Source: Saprolegnia diclina VS20
Lineage: Eukaryota
Length of the DNA stretch: 64,000 nucleotides
Assembly (NCBI RefSeq): GCF_000281045.1
Contig: NW_008246072.1
Location: 823,232-887,231, forward strand
Direction: 5' to 3'
Position 1 is the first letter of the stretch. Every line of letters begins with the position of its first letter. The position numbers were made by a program, and so were the translations under genes. The notes under the pieces were generated by a model. It was not told the DNA's origin and made no database searches. It saw nothing but the letters and a program-made list of their open reading frames with translations. Shown piece after piece: positions 23,301-33,640 of this stretch.

Positions 23301-24741
23301 CGACGATGGGGGCCGGGTGCAGACTGCAAATGCCAACTCGGGCCCCGCGGGTGTGGCCCATGAGATCAAGCAGAATCTGGATGCGGTCTTTTGCAATGGC
23401 GGCAGCAATCTCGACGTCCGAGAGACGCTGCACATCGGCAAAGACGTGGCAGGCGGCGGCGATGCGACGGCGCCACTCGGACCCGTCGTCCGGACCGTAC
23501 GAGTAGCCGTAGATTTGCAGCTGCCTCCTGTCGTGGTGCTCGATCGCACCGACCGTGAGCTGGCCCATCGGGTGATTCCGAAAATCGTAGCTCAAGTACC
23601 CGACGCGCAGTGGAAGACGCGTCGTATCTTTGGAGGACGCGAGCGCGTGCGACTGCTGCCATTGACGGGCGTTGGCGACCGCGATCGCCTTCTTGACGTC
23701 GTCGGCGATCGGCATGAGCGTCGCGTCAAAAGGCAGCAGCGACGGCACGTGCCTCATCTAGGACGAAAAATGAGACAACTTGTCCTTCAATTAGACAACT
23801 ATTCCATCCGTGGTCACGCAAGCGTACTTGTATCTCGTGCAGCGTCGTGCGGAGAAGGCCTTCTTGCCAGTCGTCGGCGGCATCCCAGTGGCACAGTTGC
23901 CGACGGGCGGTAATGACGTTGAGCCGCGTGTTGCTATCGCGCGGGTCCAGCGCCAGCGCTTGCTCGTGCATGCGCAGGGCGTCGTGCACGCGCCCAATCT
24001 CCTTGAGAAACTGTCCCTTGTTGTTGAGCGCGCCAAGGAGGTCGCGCATGGTCGGTGCGATTCGAAGGAGCTTGTCTTGCTGCGCGAGCGCGGCCGCGAG
24101 GTCGCCCCTTTCGTGCGTTCAACGAAAGGTCATTGATGACGACGTACGTACTTGTAGTAGTAAATCGTACCAAGGTCCAAGAGCGCACCGGCGTGGTGCG
24201 GGTCGAGCTGCAGCACCTCGAGCAGGAGCGGGAGCGCGCCGTCGTTTTCGCCAAGGCTGCAGAGCGCCGACGCCTTGTTGTACAGCACCGACAGGTACGT
24301 AGCGTTCGCGCAAAGCGGCGGCCGCACGCGCAGCGCAAGGTCGTAGTGCTGGATCGCGGCGAGCGTCTGCGCATACCCCTTGCCATCGCGCGCCGTGTAG
24401 CCGAGGTTGTTCTGTGCAGATACATACGTTTCCCAGTCGCCATTCGAGGTCGCGAGCTCGACGGCCTTGGTGTGGTACGCCACCGCGTCGGCCATGCGGT
24501 GCTGGCGCCCGAGGATGTACCCGAGGTTGTTGTACGCTGGCGCAAACGCGTCGTGCGCAGCGATCGCAGCGGCGTAGCAGCGTGTGGCCTCGTCCAGCTT
24601 GTTGGCCGCCATGGCCTTCTGGCCAAGCGCATACTGCTCGAGCGCAGCTGTGACACTGGCGTGGTTGGCCGGCGTGGACGGGTACGGAAAGGCCGCGGCC
24701 GCGTGCCATGCCAGCGTCACCCACCGTGCGATCTTCCACAT
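20352..24741 (-). CDS. TPR + O-GlcNAc-transferase-like GT41 + TPR + GT4-type glycosyltransferase, possible signal peptide, multi-exon
   Basis: TPRs (AYNNLG, ALNNKG). GT41 motifs: LRVGYLSYDFRNHP, DLMGHT, PAPIVVNYLGYPGSMG, NFNTINK, FLDSFVYNAHSTASD.LW. GT4-like motifs: GVGGSEEAVIYLA, FVYGSAPTRGL, YPTTFPETSCVSIMKAMAAG. Confidence 0.85.
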
Positions 24742-25893
24742 TTCAAACGACACGGACACTAAAAGCGATTAACACCATTTACAAAAGTCCAATGCATCGA
24801 TTGCACATAAAACGAACACGCTTGGGATGCGGAAGCAATGACAGGGCGACGAGTGCGAAGGACAAGCTCGTACGCCAGAGGGTTGACCCAGGTCGGGCAC
24901 TAAGGAGTCGCCCATCTCTTCTTCGTATAAGTACAGGTCAACACGAGTCGTTCTCCAAAAAAGAGTGTTGTTCCCTACATTTGAACGTCACACTATAATA
25001 AATGCCTACATGGAATAGTGTACTGTGATGTCAAATAGTGATGTCAATCCAGTATACTTTCTGAAATTTGGATCCCAACGGTATCCATTTCTCTCGATCC
25101 ATCGGCATAGGATAGTAGCATAGGATCGAATACAACAACGCAAAAGAAGCTACTCGCTACACACGTCGTGTAGCACGCCCTATCGGGTTTGCTTGTACCC
25201 AGTACACCTACGAGCGCATATGAATGGTCACCGGGCTTTGCGAGCTTCTCTGATATAGAAAGAGGTACGTGCGTTCTCTCAGAGAAGCTCGGAGAAGGTA
25301 CTTACTTTGGAGGCTTGCACCAGCCTGCCACCCGCCTGTAATTATATGCGTCCTCCAAGCACCTGGTCTTCTGCCTCTCGCACATTCGACGCAAGGAAGC
25401 GCACACCAACGGTCTTCTGCTTCTCTTAGTATCATCCGGATAAACTACGTGCCCACGACTCAATCTTTATCCGGACATACCAGAAGGAACCGCGATACCA
25501 GGCGTGCACTGAGAGTATACCCAACGCGCCGCATGCCCGTCCCCTCGTATCCAAGTGATACGACGTCCAGCGAGCTTTCGTTGCGTCCACGAGTTTGCAC
25601 CACCTGCAAAAGGTCGTGCGCTTGTCGTCCGGATAATTTACGATCTTTATACGGAAGATTCCGCGACCAAGGTGGGCTACTTCAACTTTGAGGTGTGCCA
25701 CGAAGAGCGACGGGACCGGATGGCCACGGTCGCCATGCTTGCCGCTGCCCTGCGACAGGTGCTGGTAGCTGCAGAGTCGTTGCCCTCTTGTATAGATAAC
25801 TTATGTATATTTATATCAAAATTGGCGACGCTATCAAGCGCTTTACGGGAGCGATAGATAAGAAAACAAACAGAAAACACATGCGCGAGCGAG

Positions 25894-26487
25894 CTAGTAG
25901 TAGGCCGACGATCCGTGCAGCGCAATGCTTGTGTAGTCGGTCAACGGCAGCTTGTTGGTGGTCTCGTCGACGACGACCCAGTCGTCCGTGACAAGGACCC
26001 ACTCGTGCGGCGTATGGCTCGAGCCAATCTGGTGGCGCATCATGTCGTCAAGCGCCAACGAGACCTCGCCGTCCATGTCGTTGATCACGTCGACACGCGC
26101 GCGGATCATGTCGACGGCGGCGCCCAGATCGTAGTTGGTTTCGATCAAGACGTCTTCGAGGAGGTCGCGGTCCATCGCTGGAAACGACATTTCGAGGAGC
26201 GCAAGGTTCTCTTCCTTCCAAAAGAGGAATTCGGTCGCGACGTCGAGGCCAAAGCACTTCATCTCGTCCTCGAGCGTCCCGCTGTGCACCGCTTGCACCG
26301 AGATGGGCGACGACGTCATCGTCATCATGCTCAAGCAGTCGCTCGGGACGACGATCTGCGGCCGCGTCGCGCAAGCCCGGTCGTCCAGCGAGGCCGCGCG
26401 GGCGAGCGCGGGCTCATGGCGCATGGGCGGCAGGTCCATCGAGGCGGCACGTGGCAGCATGGAGGAGGCGGCGCGGGAAGGCTGCAT
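25894..26487 (-). CDS. CUE (ubiquitin-binding) domain protein
   Basis: LALLEMSFPAMDRDLLEDVLIETNYDLGAAVDMI fits the CUE FP...L pattern; single exon, ~197 aa. Confidence 0.75.
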   Translation of the reverse strand: MQPSRAASSMLPRAASMDLPPMRHEPALARAASLDDRACATRPQIVVPSDCLSMMTMTSSPISVQAVHSGTLEDEMKCFGLDVATEFLFWKEENLALLEMSFPAMDRDLLEDVLIETNYDLGAAVDMIRARVDVINDMDGEVSLALDDMMRHQIGSSHTPHEWVLVTDDWVVVDETTNKLPLTDYTSIALHGSSAYY

Positions 26488-26815
26488 GGCGGCAAGCGAT
26501 AAATAATGTCGTACGAAAAGGGGGTCGTCTCCGCACCTACCAAGCGGACCGCGGTGGCTCGAGGCAAAATCCAAACTGCAGAGCAGAGCCGCGGGCGCCA
26601 ATCCGGATAGTGTGTTCTCAATCCGGATACGACCGGGTGTTTCGGCTGTCAACCGAGCACGCCGTTTGTATCGGGCCCAAAAAGTACGACACCGCGCAAT
26701 GCGCCTTTTCATTGGCTACTTGATATCCAATCAAACGCGGCGGATTTACAACGCTGATTGAGCAATCGAGCGCAGCGCAGCCCGCCACGAGACTGTTCGC
26801 GTGGCCGCCTTGCAC

Positions 26816-27376
26816 NNNNNNNNNNNNNNNNNNNNNNNNNNNNNNNNNNNNNNNNNNNNNNNNNNNNNNNNNNNNNNNNNNNNNNNNNNNNNNNNNNNNN
26901 NNNNNNNNNNNNNNNNNNNNNNNNNNNNNNNNNNNNNNNNNNNNNNNNNNNNNNNNNNNNNNNNNNNNNNNNNNNNNNNNNNNNNNNNNNNNNNNNNNNN
27001 NNNNNNNNNNNNNNNNNNNNNNNNNNNNNNNNNNNNNNNNNNNNNNNNNNNNNNNNNNNNNNNNNNNNNNNNNNNNNNNNNNNNNNNNNNNNNNNNNNNN
27101 NNNNNNNNNNNNNNNNNNNNNNNNNNNNNNNNNNNNNNNNNNNNNNNNNNNNNNNNNNNNNNNNNNNNNNNNNNNNNNNNNNNNNNNNNNNNNNNNNNNN
27201 NNNNNNNNNNNNNNNNNNNNNNNNNNNNNNNNNNNNNNNNNNNNNNNNNNNNNNNNNNNNNNNNNNNNNNNNNNNNNNNNNNNNNNNNNNNNNNNNNNNN
27301 NNNNNNNNNNNNNNNNNNNNNNNNNNNNNNNNNNNNNNNNNNNNNNNNNNNNNNNNNNNNNNNNNNNNNNNNNNNN
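26816..27376. other. Assembly gap (N run)
   Basis: Run of n. Confidence 1.
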
Positions 27377-28845
27377 CCCTCGACTGCGACCTTGTAGTTC
27401 TCGAAAAGAAACATCGGGTGGAAGCAATCAATGATGCGGTGACGACGATCGGTCGATGCGAGCACGCGGATCAAATGGCGGCAGGGCATGTGCATTTGAT
27501 CGCGATACGCGCAGTTGCACTTGAGGTCGTCGGCGTAGACCTCCTTCTTGACGAACGGGTGGCTCTTGTGGCTCACGTAATACAAGTCGCCGCTTGAATG
27601 CGAGACATTGTACTCGCTGGCTTTCGTCCTCTGGGCCGCGTACTCTGCAGCGGCGTACTCCGTGAGCTGGCGTCCCGTTCTCTTCTCAACCTCGGAGGCG
27701 CGGCTGGAGGCTGTTGTCATGACGTCCTCCATGATAATGAAGAGGGCGGCAAATGGGAGGTTGTCACGCACGCCATTGTGGATGTCTACAAAACATAGTG
27801 ATAGCCACGTTGGAGGGAGATATACTATACTTTTCGCATTGTCGGACTCGACGAAATTCGAGGAGCGAACCCCAAATAGGCTGCGCTTGTCCGAATGCGT
27901 AGCAGTGGCCAAGTTACCGTGGACGGTCCACTTGACGGGCTTGAGGGCTTTGAGGTAGTCAGAGGCTTCTGGCAACCACTCGTGTAGCTCCTCGAGAGCG
28001 CCCGTATAATCGTTCGACGTCTCGGCGCCTTGGATCTTCCAGATTGCGTTGTCGAGTCGCGGACCCTTGTTACCGAAGGAGGAGTGCACATTTCGGACCA
28101 GGTGCACGGTGCAATGCTTGAGTGGAATGACGTAACCAATGCGACGGAACCCGCGTACCGCGTTGGTAATCTTGCCGCGGTCAGCAAAAAGAGCAAAGTC
28201 GGCGAAGCGCACCCCAGCGTCCATGCAGTTCTTCAAAAACCAGAAATACTGCTCCTTGTTCTCGGTCGGGACGATGGCAACTGCAATCGTGATGTTGCGC
28301 TTGTTCGCATCGCGTTGAATTAGATTGAGAAGAACGCCGGGATACTCCGAGGCCTTGAAAAACGTCCCGTCGGAGCCAATGACGGGTAGGTGGGCAGACA
28401 TGCGATCGACCGAGACGCCAAACGACACAAACGCTCGAAAGAAGTGACCACCAGTGTCGAGCTCGAGCTCGACGTGGGATTTCTCATTCAGTTCCTTGAA
28501 GGAACGAAGTAGCCAGGGTATGTAGGCATAGCTCGAAGCTCCCTAAAGTATCGTATTTAAAGTTCCATGGAGTGTTGAGTGAAATATACCATTGCCGTTT
28601 CCGATTCCAAGATCTGCTTCTTGATTCGAGATATTGCTGTTGGTCGGTTGGCAAAGTCAGCTCCATGGTGTGTCGCCTAGCACAGTGGAGAAATTATGAG
28701 TCTCGGCTTCTACAACGTTTTGTACCCGGATGGATGCAGAGAGATTTCTAGCGGATACATTGGGGGTCGACCGAACGATCTCCGCTACTGCTGGGATTTG
28801 CGTGATTTGGCGGACGGATGCGTTGGGCGTGGACGCACACGTATC
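27377..28845 (-). mobile_element. Mutator-like (MULE) transposase gene with SWIM zinc finger; contains introns; both ends run into gaps
   Basis: SYAYIP..L, VIGSDGTF (D1), ENKEQYFWFL, LFADRG (D2), HCTVH (CxxH), SSNFVESDN (E) and CNC...MPCRH (SWIM). Confidence 0.92.
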
Positions 28846-28945
28846 NNNNNNNNNNNNNNNNNNNNNNNNNNNNNNNNNNNNNNNNNNNNNNNNNNNNNNN
28901 NNNNNNNNNNNNNNNNNNNNNNNNNNNNNNNNNNNNNNNNNNNNN
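28846..28945. other. Assembly gap (100 N)
   Basis: Run of n. Confidence 1.
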
Positions 28946-29775
28946 TTTGTATTGTGTGTACAATAGTGTCTCTGTCGACTCGACTTGTACTAGACTATAG
29001 CAGCCATCGACTAAATGTTTGCGTTGCAGCGACCAGTTGCGTCTGAAATTTTAGGCCTGCCGAATCGCCGCCGGAGCTCACCGCCGGAGCTCACCGCCGG
29101 AGCTTGCCGCGGGTTCGACGACTGGATTGTATACTGGCTTGTAGCCGACTATCCGACGGTATGAACCGACGAAACGAGCGGCTCGGCGGCAGACGCCGCT
29201 TGACGAAGACCGGCGACCTTTTGTCATCGGGTTGCGACGGTGTCGAGGACACGCGGCGCGTGACACAGCTGGGCACGTGCTGACCGTGCCGTGATTGCTG
29301 TCGGTCGAAGAAGAAAAAGAACATGCAGTGGATAGATCCAAACGACTGGTCTCGAACGAATGGACGCCTTCCTCGTCTCTCTTGGGTACCAAATGTGAAC
29401 GTCGAGTTGCAGTGACCGTTGAAGGTCGGCTGAGAACTGTGTTGTACCATTGGCGCACGGTTCGCTCGTCTGAGTCCTCGCGACTTTGTTGAAGAAGAAA
29501 CAAGTTGGTCGAATGTTGATGGCACCCGTCGTTGCACGTGCTCCAGTTGGGTGGCGCCCAACGAACAACGACCCAAATGCTTGATTCCCTCCTTCTTCAT
29601 CCTTCTTTAATCTGCCTCTCTTCGTGTGTCGCAGCGCCACATCCTGGCCGCCGAGCGTATCGGATCGAAGGCAAGCGATGTAGGAGCATGGCGGTGCAGG
29701 GTTGGCAACGCTGGCGACTACCTGGCGACTGAATTACTCGTCGCATTAGCCAAGTCCATGGGCGCAATGTAATAG

Positions 29776-31385
29776 TTAGTAGATCCACTCGTTTGCCCCG
29801 CCCGCGCCCAGCACAATACGTGCTCCGAGATCTGGGTCCGATGTCAAATGTGCGATTGGTGACGTGGCATCGTGTGAGGCGTCCGTGCCCAATGACGTGG
29901 CACGATGTAGTGCCAGCGTTTTCGTCCAGACCAGCCGACGCACCCAGACCACATTGCCGTCCTTGCCGTAGCCAATGAGATAACAGTCTTCGTCGTCTTG
30001 GCTAAGCGTACAATTGGCTCGAGCAGGTGGGTGCGCAGCAAGAAAGGTCGCAAGGTACGGCGCTGGCCACCCCTTGCTAGCGCGCGAGACACCGCGAATA
30101 CCATAGACCCAAAGCAGCAGTCGCGCTCGCAACGAGATCGCCGGTTGCTGCTGCACACGTCGCCCCCGGCTCCAATAGGCAAGCAAAACCCCGAGCCAAA
30201 AGGGCGAGAATGTCGTAAAGCTCGTGAATACAGTAGCATGAGACCGAGTGTTGCGTCAATTTGATACCGGGCGTTCTCGGGTAAGACCACCGACTGCATG
30301 AGGACGTAAAAGAGAGCTCGAAAACCAAACGAGTTGGTGCTGAGCACAATGACGCTTGCTGCATTAAGCGTTGCGAGCGCTGCGACGACGAGCGAGTCGA
30401 CAGGCACGTAGAGATGCGTCAAGTGTCGCCCATGAAGCACGCGGGAGGCCCCCACCAGCGTTATGTAGCCAAACCACACCAGTCGAGAGAGATACAAAAG
30501 ACCAAGCATACCGGGCACGGGCGCAATGGCCGTATTGTACGCTCGGCTCATCGCACGCCCGATAAACTGAGAGCTTAGCACGCAGTCGGTAGTGTACCCG
30601 AGCGTGATCCACGCGTTCGTCAAGACAAAGTCGGTCGGCTCGCCAATAAGTAGTTCGACATGACTAACGCCAGGTGCTCGCGGTGCCTGATGGTAAGCTA
30701 CGAGCAATCGCCGCACGGCACAATAGTAGTGACGGTAAATGTACATCGCGGTACCGAGGCTGAGAAGACACCGATAGACAAATTTGCAGCAAATAATGAC
30801 GTAGGGGTAGTCGACATTGCGGAAGGCAACGTAGATCGTGTACGCACCAGCGTCACTCGTGTCTCCAGAGATCGTATTGCCGGGGCGCACCCACGCGGCC
30901 AGAATGAACCCCGTCATGTCGAGAAAGGTGACGTACGATGCGAATTGTACTTGATCCAGTGTACCGTTTCCGTGCGCCAGAATCGAATCCACTGCATATG
31001 CTGTGTACAAGGCTGACGTGGGAAACTCTAGCACAAGCGCCGTTGGACTGAGACCTTCGAGAGACACGACGCGGCGGTAGACATCGATGCAGTAGGTGTC
31101 ATCATACACGTAGTCCTCTGTGGTATTCGTAGCGTGTATATGCGCATACCGATCTTGAAGAAGCTTCAAGTACACCGGCTCAAACGCCGCAAACGTTGTG
31201 TTTTTGGGCTGCAACAGCGATGTTGGCGCACTCGACTGCTGGAACGGCGAGTCCTCCGAGAGGTAGGCTTTGAACGGCATCAAGAGGAGGTTGCCAAAGA
31301 AGAGGACACTCGTCACCAGCGACCGTCGGTTCAAATGAATGGGTGTATTGATGTCGGCCTGGGTGGGCGCCACGCGTCGTGGCAT
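29776..31385 (-). pseudogene. Oomycete multi-pass membrane protein paralog A, frameshifted by a 5-bp insertion within 30229-30235
   Basis: Collinear with paralog B (NLLLMPFKAYLSEDSPF, LLIGEPTDFVLTN, WVRRLVWTKTLAL, EWIY*), but the C-terminus lies in another frame (ORF 29776..30186). Confidence 0.85.
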
Positions 31386-31696
31386 CGCACCGAAGGATGG
31401 TGGCGGGCCTGAAATAGCAACACTGTATGCTCCGTGCGCCACGTCATGGTCCCGAAACCACCACCGAGAAAGGGCAGCACCCGGCATGCACTTGCACCCA
31501 ACAGTCTTTCGTCGGACATGACCCATGCGTCGGATCTGCACGTTCTATCAGTCCTAGTTGCGGCGCCTCTCCGCGTCCCCTTGTGAATCGTAAGATCGTA
31601 GCCTTGGTTAGTTGGCAGCCATGGTTAGTTGGCAGCCATGGCGACGGCCATGGGACGTGCACTTTTGTCTTCTAAAACGTTAGTGTTTAGTACGTA

Positions 31697-33316
31697 TTAG
31701 TAAATCCACTCGTAAGCGTCGTCAGTTCCCATTGTGACGCACGCGTCGTGTTGCACGTCGGCCGACAAATGCGCGACCGGTGACGTGGCATCGCGAGTGG
31801 CGGCCGTGACCCATGACGTGGCGCGCTGTAGAGCCAGCGTTTTTGTCCAGACCAACCGACGCACCCAGAGAACAGTGTGCTCCTTGCTGTAGGCAACGAG
31901 ATAACAGTCTTCGTCCTCATGGCTGAGCGTACAATTGGCTCGCGTGCTCGGGTGGGAAGCAAGGAAGGTCGCAAGGTAAGGGACAATACTCGTTTTGGCT
32001 GCGTGCGACATGCCGCGAATGCCGCAGAGCCACAGGAGCACTCGTGCACGCAACGAGAGCAGCGGCGCACGCTGCGGCAGTCGCCAGCGGCTCCAGTACG
32101 CGAGCACAAACCCAAGCCCAAGCGGTGGCAGGCTCGTAAAGCTGGCGAAGAAGATCAATCCAAGTGTCGAGTCCACTTGGTACTGAGCATTTTGAGCATC
32201 GACCACCGACTGCATGAGCGTGGCAAACACTGAGAGAAAATTGTACGAGGTAGCGGTCAGCGCAAGGAAGACCGCGACATTGATTGCTGTGAGTGCTGCG
32301 ATGGTAAGCGAGTCGACTGGCACGTAGAGGTGCGCCAGCTGTCGCCTGTGGAGCACTCGGGAGAGCCCTATTAGCGCCAAGTAGCTAAACCAGACGAGCC
32401 GGGAGAGGTACACGAGAGCGATAAGACCTGCCGTGAGCTCAATGTTCATGTTGCTCGCCCGGCTCATCGCACGCCCGACATATTGCAAACTCTGCACGCA
32501 GTCCATAGTGTAGCCGAGCGTGATCCAGCCGTTCGTCAAGACAAAGTCCGTGGGTTCGCCAATAAGCAACTCGAGATGACTCACGCCTGCCGGTCGTGGC
32601 GTCCGGCGGTACGCATGTAGCAACCGCCGCACCGCGCGGTAGTAGTTTTGATAAAAGTACCGGGCCGTGGCGAGGCAAAGGAGACAGCGCATGCCGAATT
32701 TAGCGCAAATGAGAAAGTACGGCACGTCAATGATGCGCATCGTCAAGTAGATCGTGTACTCGTTCGCTTTGCCCGAGCTTCCAGACATGGTATTGCCGCG
32801 GCGCACCCAAGCGGCCAGCGTAAACCCCACCAGGTCGAGGAAGGTGACGTACGAAGCAAATTCGACGTCTTCGAGCGTACCGTTGGCGTGCGCCTGGATC
32901 ATTGTCGCATCATACGACGTGTAAAAGAGCGACGTGGGAAACGCAAGCACGAGCGCTTTCGGAGAGTGGTTCAAATCGACGACGTGTCGGTAGACGTCGA
33001 CGCGGTAGGCGTCATCGTAGAAATAGTCGGCGCGCGCCGTCGTAGCGTCCATGTGGGCGTATCGGTCTTGGAGCAGCGCCAAGAAGGGCGGTGCAAACGT
33101 CTCAAAGTTGGGGGACGTCAACGTCGGCTGCAACGCCGCGGGTGGCGTCGCACTTGTCTGATGGAACGGCGAGTCCTCGGACAGGTACGCCTTGAACGGC
33201 ATCAAGAGAAGGTTGACGCAGAAGACAACACTCATCGCAAGCGCCCGTCGGTTCAAATGAATCGGCGCGCTCACGTCCGCCGCCGCGGGCGCCACGCGTC
33301 GTCGCATCACACGCAT
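31697..33316 (-). CDS. Oomycete multi-pass membrane protein paralog B (intact, intronless)
   Basis: Uninterrupted ~540-aa ORF with several TM segments; tandem duplicate of 29776-31385. Confidence 0.85.
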   Translation of the reverse strand: MRVMRRRVAPAAADVSAPIHLNRRALAMSVVFCVNLLLMPFKAYLSEDSPFHQTSATPPAALQPTLTSPNFETFAPPFLALLQDRYAHMDATTARADYFYDDAYRVDVYRHVVDLNHSPKALVLAFPTSLFYTSYDATMIQAHANGTLEDVEFASYVTFLDLVGFTLAAWVRRGNTMSGSSGKANEYTIYLTMRIIDVPYFLICAKFGMRCLLCLATARYFYQNYYRAVRRLLHAYRRTPRPAGVSHLELLIGEPTDFVLTNGWITLGYTMDCVQSLQYVGRAMSRASNMNIELTAGLIALVYLSRLVWFSYLALIGLSRVLHRRQLAHLYVPVDSLTIAALTAINVAVFLALTATSYNFLSVFATLMQSVVDAQNAQYQVDSTLGLIFFASFTSLPPLGLGFVLAYWSRWRLPQRAPLLSLRARVLLWLCGIRGMSHAAKTSIVPYLATFLASHPSTRANCTLSHEDEDCYLVAYSKEHTVLWVRRLVWTKTLALQRATSWVTAATRDATSPVAHLSADVQHDACVTMGTDDAYEWIY

Positions 33317-33336
33317 GGACTCTGTCAAAATAAGGG

Positions 33337-33400
33337 CGCTGAAAATAGCCTTCTCCTGCACGCACAGCCTGCCACGTCATGGGTCCGAAACCGCCGCGAA
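33337..33400 (-). promoter_or_regulatory. Promoter blocks conserved between the two paralogs (second copy at 31409-31470)
   Basis: ctgaaa(a)tagc and gccacgtcatgg..ccgaaacc occur at similar spacing upstream of both ATGs. Confidence 0.55.
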
Positions 33401-33640
33401 CCGGCTAAGACTACTAAGAAAGCTCAACCGTCCAGGACTCTTGTCGTTGGCGTACATCGCTGTTGGACCAGAATACGTCTTCGATAGATCGATCTAGCGT
33501 CCACCCGGTCGAAATGGCCCCATGACCGCTGATGACACGCAAGAAGAGAAGACACTATGTAGTATTGCGCGACAACGGAGTAGTCGTAGAAGTACTCGAC
33601 AAGAGAGACCGGGTCGTCGGGGGTGCGCGGCAAAAGGCCC

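Noticed and set aside
24800..25860. AT-richer intergenic stretch with short ORFs (25432..25701, 25555..25857)
   Set aside because: No recognisable domain, RNA structure or repeat boundary; it may be a decayed element but that cannot be supported.
26618..27597. ORFs containing long X runs
   Set aside because: Artifacts of translating through the assembly gap.
28946..29760. Possible MULE terminus or extra ORF (29091..29600)
   Set aside because: No TIR partner is visible on the other side of the gaps, and no protein motif was recognised.
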